Source of the DNA: a virus
Lineage: Duplodnaviria; Caudoviricetes
Virus record (IMG/VR): IMGVR_UViG_3300012231_000034
Location: 1-32,473 of that record
Direction: 5' to 3' (one strand)
Length of the DNA stretch: 32,473 bases
The first letter of the stretch is position 1. Every line of letters begins with the position of its first letter. Both the position numbers and the translations under genes were made by a program. Positions 25,130-32,473 of this stretch are shown here, piece by piece. Under the pieces are notes generated by a model. That model did no database searches. It was not told where the DNA came from and saw nothing but the letters and a program-made list of their open reading frames with translations.

Positions 25130-25989
25130 TATTTGGTTCCTTTCCCTTTGGCGTTCTCTTTATATGTTTTGAACATTTTCCAAGATGGTTCAGTATCTTT
25201 GAGTTTCATTACACCATTCCAATCTGGTGCTATGTCTATCATAAATTTCTTACCAACCTTCTTACCGTCTACAACAAATGATGCTATCTCCCAAGAGTGA
25301 TTCATCTTAGCTACCTGAGCAGCAGCTTCAGGTAGTTTTAGATCATTAAGGTATTCTGCGAATGTGCTTTTCATCATATCTTTTTTACTAGCGTCACGAA
25401 AATCAAATCCCTGCATAGCCCAGGCATATCGGCCAACACCAGTCTTACGATTACCGTTAGCGTATGTTGTAACAACACCAAGACCAACCTTCCGATACAT
25501 ATCAAACGCTCTAGCGTTAAAGTCAGTAGCTATCCCCTTACCTTGATGTCTCTCATCTACAAAGAAAGAATCGTGTTTTGCAGCACTAGCATCGAAATCC
25601 AATGTCCTACTCCAGTCAGCTACTGCTATACCAGTTTTAGTATCTATTATTTGTCCTGTTAGCATTAGTACACTACCAATTTCTCCACCATCCTCATACT
25701 CTTCGCCATCTTCATCATACTCGGCATCAACTTCTATATTAGCAACTTTATAGTCTGATCTACCAGTAGTATAACCATCAATGATATCCTGAAGCGTAAA
25801 ATTCTCATCAATAACATGATTAGATATAACGTCTAGCGCTTCATCAGTCACTTCCACTGTCTTACCCATCTCATCAGCTGCATCGTAATTTCGTACATGT
25901 TGGCGGACATTTACTTCCTTGCCTTTGACAGTCTTAGTATATGCGCGAACACGCGTTATTGCTTCAGCAACAGCCTGTGCAGTATTCAT
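25129..25989 (-). CDS. Tag + GNAT-like acetyltransferase protein
   Basis: 286 aa. FFVDERHQGKGIAT (acetyl-CoA motif QGxG)...VGRYAWAMQGFDF. N-terminal VAEA + tag; ATGA overlap with the portal stop. Confidence 0.75.
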   Translation of the reverse strand: MNTAQAVAEAITRVRAYTKTVKGKEVNVRQHVRNYDAADEMGKTVEVTDEALDVISNHVIDENFTLQDIIDGYTTGRSDYKVANIEVDAEYDEDGEEYEDGGEIGSVLMLTGQIIDTKTGIAVADWSRTLDFDASAAKHDSFFVDERHQGKGIATDFNARAFDMYRKVGLGVVTTYANGNRKTGVGRYAWAMQGFDFRDASKKDMMKSTFAEYLNDLKLPEAAAQVAKMNHSWEIASFVVDGKKVGKKFMIDIAPDWNGVMKLKDTEPSWKMFKTYKENAKGKGTK

Positions 25990-27506
25990 ACTCTGACTCT
26001 CTTACGCTTAGTTGCTAATTTCTTTTTCTTACCAATCAACACAGCCCTAGACTCTCTAATCCTTTTCAAAGCAGCTAATTCTTTTGCAGTACTAGCAGCT
26101 AAATCTTCTTCCTCAGACTCTTCATCATCTTCACCACCAAAAGAATTACCAAAATCATCCATGTCTTTAGCTGCCTGCTCTTTTTCTTCTTTGTCTATCA
26201 ACTTCTTTTCTTCATCGTAATCGAAATCCAATTTCGCAGCATATGTACGTTTACTGATGATGCCGTTCTGAAATAGCTGACCGAGTGCTGTTACCTGTTG
26301 TACGAAATCCTCATACGTCAGTGTAGGCCATTCATTCTTGACTTCATAGTCTATGTCTTTAGGAACCAGACCATCTTCTTGTCCCATCCTCAGCACTATC
26401 TTGTACTGCTCTTTTATGTAGAAGTCAAAGAAGTCTTGCCAGTCCTCAAACTCTCTAACGAACGGACTCTGTGCTACTGACGTCGACGCGAAGTTAGCAT
26501 TAGAGTAATCACCAGTGAGAAACATTTCTGGGAAGCCAATACCAACAGCAATAGCCAATAAAATGTTCCTACCATCAGTAGCTGCATCTGATGCGCCTAA
26601 ATTAGCCGATAGCATTTCATACTTAGTACCTACTGGTGCAGTTAAGATAGACCCTGACTTGAACGCTTGAGTTTTATTTGTTCTGCGCGGATCAGAATTA
26701 TCTTTATTTTGCTGTACTATTCGCGCGCCTTGTACCTGCGTGCCCTCCACATATCTTACTAGAGCAACAGCACTACGCACTTTGTTTAATACCATACGTT
26801 GATCTAGCCAGTCGTCATGCATTTTGATCTTACCAAACACTGGCTCAAACAGAGATCGTCCACGTCTTACATTACGATCAACGAATAGCTTGATATGCAC
26901 TATGTCTTTCGCATCATACGCTACAGCTAGATTGGCTTGCTCACCAGGTTTCTTTACCCAATAATTTTTTACCTGGCTCATATCTTTAGAGTCTAGCTCG
27001 ATACCTAACTCATGCTTATCTGAATCAACAAGATCAGGTTCGATGAACTCTAATCGTGGTATCTGCTTCTTACCCTTAGACCAGTTATACCAAAACAGTT
27101 CACCATCCCTGAACGATCTATTGCTAGTTTCTTTCTGTGTTAACTCCCAATGGTTATACGCTCTCCAATCTTTGAGGTACTTCTCAATCTCTTTTTTCTT
27201 GTTGACGTTCTTCTCCATCGATTCTGTATCAACACCTTTACCAAATATAAACTTATTCATGGTTCGTATGATGCCGCGACCATACGGATTCTCCATGTAC
27301 AGCTTATATGCTTGTCGGCGTACTGTAGATGCATCCTGTACTGTTAAATCTTTCGGCTCAGTACCACCAACTAGCTGTAAGTTGTTGCTAGTCATGTGCC
27401 ATCGCTTATAATCCAAGTCCTCATAGTCAACGACTTCTCGGATCAATCTGTTAGCGATGTTCATCGCATCTCTTTTAGTATATGATTCCAACAACTCTGT
27501 TCGCAT
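25986..27506 (-). CDS. Phage portal protein
   Basis: 506 aa. NPYGRGII...FIFGKG, RDGELF, EFIEPDLV, IVHIK...RGRSLF, GIGFPEMFLTGDYSNANFAS, GIISKRTYA...DYDEE. RBS GGAGGT. Confidence 0.9.
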   Translation of the reverse strand: MRTELLESYTKRDAMNIANRLIREVVDYEDLDYKRWHMTSNNLQLVGGTEPKDLTVQDASTVRRQAYKLYMENPYGRGIIRTMNKFIFGKGVDTESMEKNVNKKKEIEKYLKDWRAYNHWELTQKETSNRSFRDGELFWYNWSKGKKQIPRLEFIEPDLVDSDKHELGIELDSKDMSQVKNYWVKKPGEQANLAVAYDAKDIVHIKLFVDRNVRRGRSLFEPVFGKIKMHDDWLDQRMVLNKVRSAVALVRYVEGTQVQGARIVQQNKDNSDPRRTNKTQAFKSGSILTAPVGTKYEMLSANLGASDAATDGRNILLAIAVGIGFPEMFLTGDYSNANFASTSVAQSPFVREFEDWQDFFDFYIKEQYKIVLRMGQEDGLVPKDIDYEVKNEWPTLTYEDFVQQVTALGQLFQNGIISKRTYAAKLDFDYDEEKKLIDKEEKEQAAKDMDDFGNSFGGEDDEESEEEDLAASTAKELAALKRIRESRAVLIGKKKKLATKRKRVRV

Positions 27507-27563
27507 TCGTTACCTCCAGCACCCCATGACGATTATACACATCACACCACTAGTTACTGGAAA

Positions 27564-27878
27564 TTATTTATCCCAACGCTGTAGCATGCTGTTGGTTGGA
27601 ATCATAATGTACTTAGACTTCACTGGAACGTACTTCCATAACATCAGCTTAGCATACCTGTATCGTATAACATCCAAGAAATTGTTGAAAGCCTGTCTAC
27701 GCAGTATCTCTTTCTGTTCTTCATCTAACCATATAGATGATGGCCATCTTCCAGTTACTGATCGTCTTAGATTATAATAGGACGTACTATCATAGGACGT
27801 GCTATCACTAGTCGCATCCTCAACAAAGTAATAGCCAGTCTGATCAATGCTGTCGTATATAATATAACCTGGAACCAT
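27564..27878 (-). CDS. Hypothetical protein
   Basis: 104 aa, Tyr-rich; contains a 15-bp tandem duplication (27777-27806, DSTSY x2). Confidence 0.5.
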   Translation of the reverse strand: MVPGYIIYDSIDQTGYYFVEDATSDSTSYDSTSYYNLRRSVTGRWPSSIWLDEEQKEILRRQAFNNFLDVIRYRYAKLMLWKYVPVKSKYIMIPTNSMLQRWDK

Positions 27879-27882
27879 TCTA

Positions 27883-29457
27883 TCACACGAATAATGGCTT
27901 AGAAATTTTCACCACTATGTACGTTGCACCAAATGTTTTCTTAGCACCAGTTCCATTCTTTAACGATACAACTAGCGTTCCAGCTGGCTCGATCACTCCA
28001 CTTATAACACAACCTTGCAAACTAGCAGTGATGTCTAGACCTTCTATATGGTCCCCATAACTAATACCTGTTATCGCCATAGTCTTAGAAGCAGTACCAC
28101 CGGCTTTGATAGCTCCAGGTATCCAATCAGCCCATGCTTCTATCAACTGCCCTGCTTCATTCCATAATGTTGGTGATTCAAATACATCGCCCTGTTGTGC
28201 ACCACCTATTACCTCAAACGTTACATCAGTATGCCCCAGCAACTTATTAGTTGCATCAACTCTATTACCACCACGGCTACGGTCTACTACGTTTCCTCTA
28301 TACAGAGCATTCACAACATTATGCTGCACACTACATCTTATTGGTTGCATCATATTGATACCATACGGAACATTGAGTACTCTGTTTCCTTCTACTCGTC
28401 CACCATCCCAATTCTTTGCTAGAATAACCCAACCTCCATTACGACGATTACCATGAAAGATATTATTCATAACTTGGCACTCAACAAACCTGAACCCCTG
28501 CTCACTAGCTGGACCCATAAAAGCAATCGGCGATGACTCCCAATGCATAGAAAGGCATTCAGCACCGTAGGTAATCTTATTTCCATCGAACCATATATGA
28601 TGAAACTTATCGGTGACCTGTGGTATGCTGTTGTTACCTGTACCCACAAGAAACGCTTGCCCACTAAACGTACTGAACTCAATCTCATTACCAATTACAG
28701 ATATATGACCGAACTCAGTATCATTTATCTCAGCCGTATCTTTAGTTATTTGGAAAGCTTTCGACTTTGGGTTGATAACTTTATTATTCCTGTAAATGAT
28801 ATCTCTATTCTTATCACCGTTGTTGATACCAAACGTACCAAATGCACAGGTCGTAGGCGCATTCAAACTTATATTGTCTTCAATCAACGCACCTTGCATA
28901 TGGTCGAACTCACATTGCAAATCCTTAATGTTGTTCTCACCAAAGTAGATGTTACGTGATGGCGTTGGTCCACTACCAAACACGATAGCATATCGATCAC
29001 CATTGTCTATTGCGATACCTACTGGTCGAGAATCATAGAAGTTATTGCTTACTATCCATGCTCCATTAGCTTCATAGTTCCTCATACCACCGAACTTAGG
29101 GGCACCGTTATAGTCTATGCTCATATTACAATAGCCGTAATGCTTACAACGCTCGAAAGTGATTATACCACCAGCACCATCTTGCTGTTTGAATACGGAG
29201 CTACGCCCTGCACCTACAAATAGTATATCACGATAATCAAGAATCTGTAAGTTGCTTAGCAGTATCTCTTTATTCTCTGGAATGTAGACAACATGATAGC
29301 CATATATCTTGTTATCATCACCATGAGCACCCAACGCATCTAGGATACAAGTATCTAAAGCAGAGTTGTCGTTAGTTACGCCGTCTCCAACAACATAGTC
29401 GCCAGCATTAGTGCCGTGCACTTCTGCAAACATCTTCAGGTCATACACTAATGACAT
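27883..29457 (-). CDS. Pectate-lyase-fold (beta-helix) tailspike-like protein
   Basis: 524 aa. VGDGVTNDNSA...VVYIP (Pectate_lyase_3-type start), Asn-ladder repeats, and a C-terminal beta-sandwich-like domain (GISYGD...LQGCVISG...VVSLKNGTG). No signal peptide; RBS AGGAGG. Confidence 0.78.
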   Translation of the reverse strand: MSLVYDLKMFAEVHGTNAGDYVVGDGVTNDNSALDTCILDALGAHGDDNKIYGYHVVYIPENKEILLSNLQILDYRDILFVGAGRSSVFKQQDGAGGIITFERCKHYGYCNMSIDYNGAPKFGGMRNYEANGAWIVSNNFYDSRPVGIAIDNGDRYAIVFGSGPTPSRNIYFGENNIKDLQCEFDHMQGALIEDNISLNAPTTCAFGTFGINNGDKNRDIIYRNNKVINPKSKAFQITKDTAEINDTEFGHISVIGNEIEFSTFSGQAFLVGTGNNSIPQVTDKFHHIWFDGNKITYGAECLSMHWESSPIAFMGPASEQGFRFVECQVMNNIFHGNRRNGGWVILAKNWDGGRVEGNRVLNVPYGINMMQPIRCSVQHNVVNALYRGNVVDRSRGGNRVDATNKLLGHTDVTFEVIGGAQQGDVFESPTLWNEAGQLIEAWADWIPGAIKAGGTASKTMAITGISYGDHIEGLDITASLQGCVISGVIEPAGTLVVSLKNGTGAKKTFGATYIVVKISKPLFV

Positions 29458-29624
29458 TTATCCTCCTTCTCTACATAGTACACCATGCCAGACTTCTCTA
29501 ACTGTTCCATAATATCACACGGTAGTATCACAGCACCATTAATCATTTCTGATTCCATCATGCCTTTCGCTAGTTCTGGTGCTTCTTTCTGAATTCTTTC
29601 GTAGTCTATCACCATTACACGCAT
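29448..29624 (-). CDS. 58-aa hypothetical protein (below the ORF-track cutoff)
   Basis: MRVMVIDYERIQKEAPELAKGMMESEMINGAVILPCDIMEQLEKSGMVYYVEKEDKCH; RBS AGAGGT; fills the gap. Confidence 0.6.
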   Translation of the reverse strand: MRVMVIDYERIQKEAPELAKGMMESEMINGAVILPCDIMEQLEKSGMVYYVEKEDKCH

Positions 29625-29679
29625 CTAATACCTCTTTAAAATCGATTCTAAGGGGTCTAGCAGCCTCCAGGCACGATTT

Positions 29680-29991
29680 TCAAGCCATAGTCGGCCCTTT
29701 ACCCTTACTTTGCACTTTTAATGCATCAGAAAAAGCTTTTCGATATGCATCATTAAAATCCCTCACGAACATATCACGCATGATCTCCAATACATTATTA
29801 TCAAATAGATGTTCCTCACGAAATATTAGTTCTGAGGCATGTCTATCCTTCCCAACATAAGCCTCAACTTTCAAAACTAGCATTCCTTCACGTGGTAATA
29901 TGTCATCACTATGAAATAGATGTAGAGAAGCACGACACTTACAGTTTATACCATTCTCTACCTTAGTCAAAAACTCTAATGCTTCTATCAT
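29680..29991 (-). CDS. Hypothetical protein
   Basis: Start moved to 29991 (ATGA overlap): MIEALEFLTKV... Confidence 0.55.
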   Translation of the reverse strand: MIEALEFLTKVENGINCKCRASLHLFHSDDILPREGMLVLKVEAYVGKDRHASELIFREEHLFDNNVLEIMRDMFVRDFNDAYRKAFSDALKVQSKGKGPTMA

Positions 29992-30197
29992 TGTCCTATC
30001 ATCCTCAACGTATCCTGCACTTTCTCTATCTGATCTACATAAAGCCACAACGTTCTTATTTCAAGTTCTGCGTGGTACTTACAACGATTATACTTTTGCA
30101 TTGCAGTATTCACCCTAGTAAATGTGACCACTGCTTCCTTACCACAATTCACAAAATCGTTGTTATCAGGTAATCTCACGTTGCATTCTTCTATCAT
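29988..30197 (-). CDS. Small Cys-containing hypothetical protein
   Basis: 69 aa; ATGA overlaps on both sides. Confidence 0.55.
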   Translation of the reverse strand: MIEECNVRLPDNNDFVNCGKEAVVTFTRVNTAMQKYNRCKYHAELEIRTLWLYVDQIEKVQDTLRMIGQ

Positions 30198-30754
30198 GGT
30201 ATCACCTTCATTGTTAATGTTCCCATAGGCGGAGTTCCTGGTCCACGTGGCATAGGCTCACATGCTCCTATATCTGGTGCTGCACCGAACCATTCCTTAC
30301 ATCCACTCGCATCTAACCCAGGCTTAGGACAATGGTGCCCTGCAACTAGAGCACCAGCATCTATAGCACCAGACGTAGATGCTGGTAATAGCCCTGCATC
30401 TAAACATTCTGGTGCACCTGCCCATGCTACGACACCATTAGTCCATACGCTTCCTGATGTTGGTACCTTAGTTACTGTATTTACTGGTGGAGGCGTTGAT
30501 GTATCATCTAAGTTAGCATATTGGCATGACTTCACAACACCATATATAGGATCACCAAACGTATCGTTATTACATTCTACACCATTCTCATATACGCCAC
30601 TGAAATACGTACCGTTACCACCATACCGCACTATCTTTCTACCTAGAAACTGACACGTCCCCCATTCAACAGCACATTGTGTCCATGCAGTCTGTGCCGC
30701 TGCATCTAAAGCGTGGGTAAGAAGCATAAGTATTGCTAATGCAATTATACGCAT
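30194..30754 (-). CDS. Secreted-type protein with Cys-rich lectin-like module and choice-of-anchor-Q-like tail
   Basis: Signal peptide MRIIALAILMLLTHALDAAA-Q; WTQCAVEWGTCQF...VRYG...CNNDTFGDP...KSC; GAIDAG...GAAPDIGACE. Confidence 0.7.
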   Translation of the reverse strand: MRIIALAILMLLTHALDAAAQTAWTQCAVEWGTCQFLGRKIVRYGGNGTYFSGVYENGVECNNDTFGDPIYGVVKSCQYANLDDTSTPPPVNTVTKVPTSGSVWTNGVVAWAGAPECLDAGLLPASTSGAIDAGALVAGHHCPKPGLDASGCKEWFGAAPDIGACEPMPRGPGTPPMGTLTMKVIP

Positions 30755-30987
30755 TAAAATTTTCCAATCCGCGCCATAGCACGCGTGTAACTCACATCAG
30801 CACGTGCTTTTCTAAGGCGCATATTCCTATTGTAGTAGATGCACTTATAACATATCCTATGCTTCTTACCCATCGAGTCTACAGTTACATGTGTGAATTT
30901 ATGCCCTCTCCAACATTTCTTCTTCTTAGCGTTCTTTAAACAAGCTCCTAATGGAGCATGTCCATATTGGAATCCTTTAAGGCTCAC
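30754..30987 (-). CDS. Small basic zinc-binding protein (CxxGH...CxxC)
   Basis: KCWRGHKF...RICYKC, similar to accessory zinc domains of phage HNH proteins; no HNH core. Confidence 0.55.
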   Translation of the reverse strand: MSLKGFQYGHAPLGACLKNAKKKKCWRGHKFTHVTVDSMGKKHRICYKCIYYNRNMRLRKARADVSYTRAMARIGKF

Positions 30988-31027
30988 ATCACACTTCCAA
31001 TTCTAATCTCAAGAACCTCTATAACTT

Positions 31028-31399
31028 CTACTGCGCTACTATTATTAAGGTCAGCGTCCCACTTGGGGCTGACCCCGCGACGAAAGGGACTTCACCAGAT
31101 ACCAATGTTCCAAACTGATTACGAGCAGCTACTGCACAGAACCAATTACCAACACCTGTAATAGCATCCTTAATATCCATAGACGTTATGGTTGGTCCAA
31201 CCACCGTCATCTTTGTATAGTTCTTAGGTGTCTGTCCGCATCTCATCTCAAAGTCTACAATTGGCGATGACCCAGCTAACATAGTCCATGACCATTGCAG
31301 CTTAGCTCTATTGATATCTACAGAGATTGGCTGAGCCATTACATCACTCACTACCAACATCATTCCTAGCAAAATTACACCAAATAGAATTCGTCTCAT
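31028..31399 (-). CDS. Secreted-type fibronectin-III-like protein
   Basis: Start likely 31399 (RBS AAGGAG). Signal peptide MRRILFGVILLGMMLVVSDVMA-Q; KLQWSW...NYT...WFCAVAARNQFG. Confidence 0.65.
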   Translation of the reverse strand: MRRILFGVILLGMMLVVSDVMAQPISVDINRAKLQWSWTMLAGSSPIVDFEMRCGQTPKNYTKMTVVGPTITSMDIKDAITGVGNWFCAVAARNQFGTLVSGEVPFVAGSAPSGTLTLIIVAQ

Positions 31400-31437
31400 T
31401 ATGCTTCTCCTTATATAGAGTAACAACGATATTCCTT

Positions 31438-32241
31438 TTACTTACTCTTTGCGAACATCATATATCTTATGATGTATCTTATGTTCCAAGTATATTCAAC
31501 ACATGAAGCACAATATGGAGCATCTATATGTGATCTACAATCACCAAATTTTCCACCAGTACTGCATGTAAATTGTATCACATTTGCTGGTTGTCCTGTC
31601 AAGGTATATGGTTCACGTAATATATCTCCAAATCTATTTATTGCATTCAACTTTACAATCTCTAACCGCTGTCTCTCTACCACAGCACGACTTGACTCAA
31701 GACACTTCTCCAGATGCTCGATGCGATTTCTACTATCTTGTAGCTGAGACTGTAATAAATCCGTTCCACTAGTTCTAATAGCATTAGCTATTTCCTCTGT
31801 TGCTAACCTTGTCCTAGGCTCCTTCGACATATCTAATCCTGGAAACTCATCAGACTGTACCTCCTTTCTAGTAAATGCTAAATGATAATTCAGATCCACC
31901 AACCTACTCATTAAAGCATCATATGCTTTCTGTTCTTCACTACATGTGCCCTGCAATGTTGTCGGCCATGGAATACCATGTAAGATAGATGCTGCATTCG
32001 CCAAATCTGTATATGGCATCACAGCTCTATCTTCCTTATTATCACGTACATCTACCAACACTTCTACGATAGCATCCATCTTCACCATCGACGAGAATAT
32101 AGCTCTCAACAAATACTGTGTCTGTACTATATGCACGTCATTCGGAAAAACAGATGCCTTCTTATCAACCTCCTTCATTACAGTATTGATGCCTTCATAT
32201 CCTGCACTAAATAATTCCTCTAATGTTTTCTTTTCCATCAC
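31438..32241 (-). CDS. Hypothetical protein with coiled coil and C-terminal Cys cluster
   Basis: 267-aa ORF on the coding strand. Confidence 0.6.
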   Translation of the reverse strand: MMEKKTLEELFSAGYEGINTVMKEVDKKASVFPNDVHIVQTQYLLRAIFSSMVKMDAIVEVLVDVRDNKEDRAVMPYTDLANAASILHGIPWPTTLQGTCSEEQKAYDALMSRLVDLNYHLAFTRKEVQSDEFPGLDMSKEPRTRLATEEIANAIRTSGTDLLQSQLQDSRNRIEHLEKCLESSRAVVERQRLEIVKLNAINRFGDILREPYTLTGQPANVIQFTCSTGGKFGDCRSHIDAPYCASCVEYTWNIRYIIRYMMFAKSK

Positions 32242-32248
32242 TGCACCC

Positions 32249-32446
32249 CTATATGCCCTGACACCTAGTCAATGTTCCATCATGGTTATAACCAACAGTC
32301 ACCCCTTCACTAAACTCATAATAGACTACACCATTGATACAAAATTTATGTGGTGGTCTAGGTTGCGGCAAATCAGTACCACCACATGCATATGCTATAG
32401 ATGAAACAACTACTACAATCATCATCATTCGTGATATACTAATCAT
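32249..32446 (-). CDS. Small membrane/lipoprotein-like protein
   Basis: 65 aa; hydrophobic N-terminus ending AYA-CGG; RBS GAGGG. Confidence 0.5.
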   Translation of the reverse strand: MISISRMMMIVVVVSSIAYACGGTDLPQPRPPHKFCINGVVYYEFSEGVTVGYNHDGTLTRCQGI

Positions 32447-32473
32447 CTTACGCCCTCATAGAAATAAACTGTC

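Noticed and set aside
25127-25989. Programmed frameshift or readthrough fusing the portal to the tagged effectors
   Set aside because: The junctions are ordinary ATGA and TAATG coupled overlaps like those elsewhere in the window, and I saw no clear slippery heptamer.
27532-27537. Perfect TATAAT on the minus strand upstream of the portal RBS
   Set aside because: No convincing -35 at 16-18 nt spacing and no correctly placed extended -10 TG. A lone hexamer in AT-rich DNA is too weak to call.
27777-27806. 15-bp tandem duplication (DSTSY x2)
   Set aside because: Only two units, in frame; most likely a trivial slippage duplication.
30754-30987. HNH homing endonuclease
   Set aside because: Only a CxxGH...CxxC accessory-type motif is present; there is no HNH catalytic core.
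121-32404. The many plus-strand ORFs in the track (e.g. the Ser-rich 216-aa ORF at 6719-7369)
   Set aside because: They are antisense shadows of well-supported minus-strand genes. The poly-Ser is simply the reverse complement of the Asp/Glu tract, and none has a recognisable motif.
1-32473. CRISPR array, tRNA/rRNA genes, IS elements or alternative genetic code
   Set aside because: No regularly spaced repeats, cloverleaf-like sequences or transposase motifs were seen by eye. Genes are intact under the standard code and use all three stop codons.

Overview
A 32.5-kb segment of a tailed dsDNA phage or prophage (Caudoviricetes). Essentially all real genes lie on the minus strand, tightly packed with frequent ATGA/TAATG overlaps. 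In transcription order (right to left) it encodes: small and secreted proteins, a pectate-lyase-fold tailspike-like protein, the portal, about 16 kb of cargo, a MuF head morphogenesis protein, an HTH protein, prohead protease/scaffold, head decoration protein, Mu gpT-like major capsid protein, a GT4 glycosyltransferase and neck genes. The cargo includes three effector-domain proteins, a 1322-aa secreted beta-helix protein, methyltransferases, a J-domain protein, GT10 and GT2-like glycosyltransferases and many small Cys-rich ORFs. The main unexplained signal is a ~25-aa basic peptide module, V-x-x-H-x-R-x(2-4)-K-x-G-K-x(3)-V-x-x-H-x-R. It occurs 8 times in 6 otherwise unrelated genes, each time right after a [LV]-x-E|A-like site resembling Glu-specific prohead-protease cleavage sites. 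It precedes a GNAT, an ART/KptA-like, two HEIGH metallopeptidase and a PD-(D/E)xK-like domain, plus three small basic proteins that alternate with the neck genes. Two copies are a perfect 60-bp DNA repeat 21 kb apart. My inference is a modular 'cleavage site + tag + cargo' system for loading processed effector proteins into the head. Family assignments come from motif recognition by eye, not database searches.
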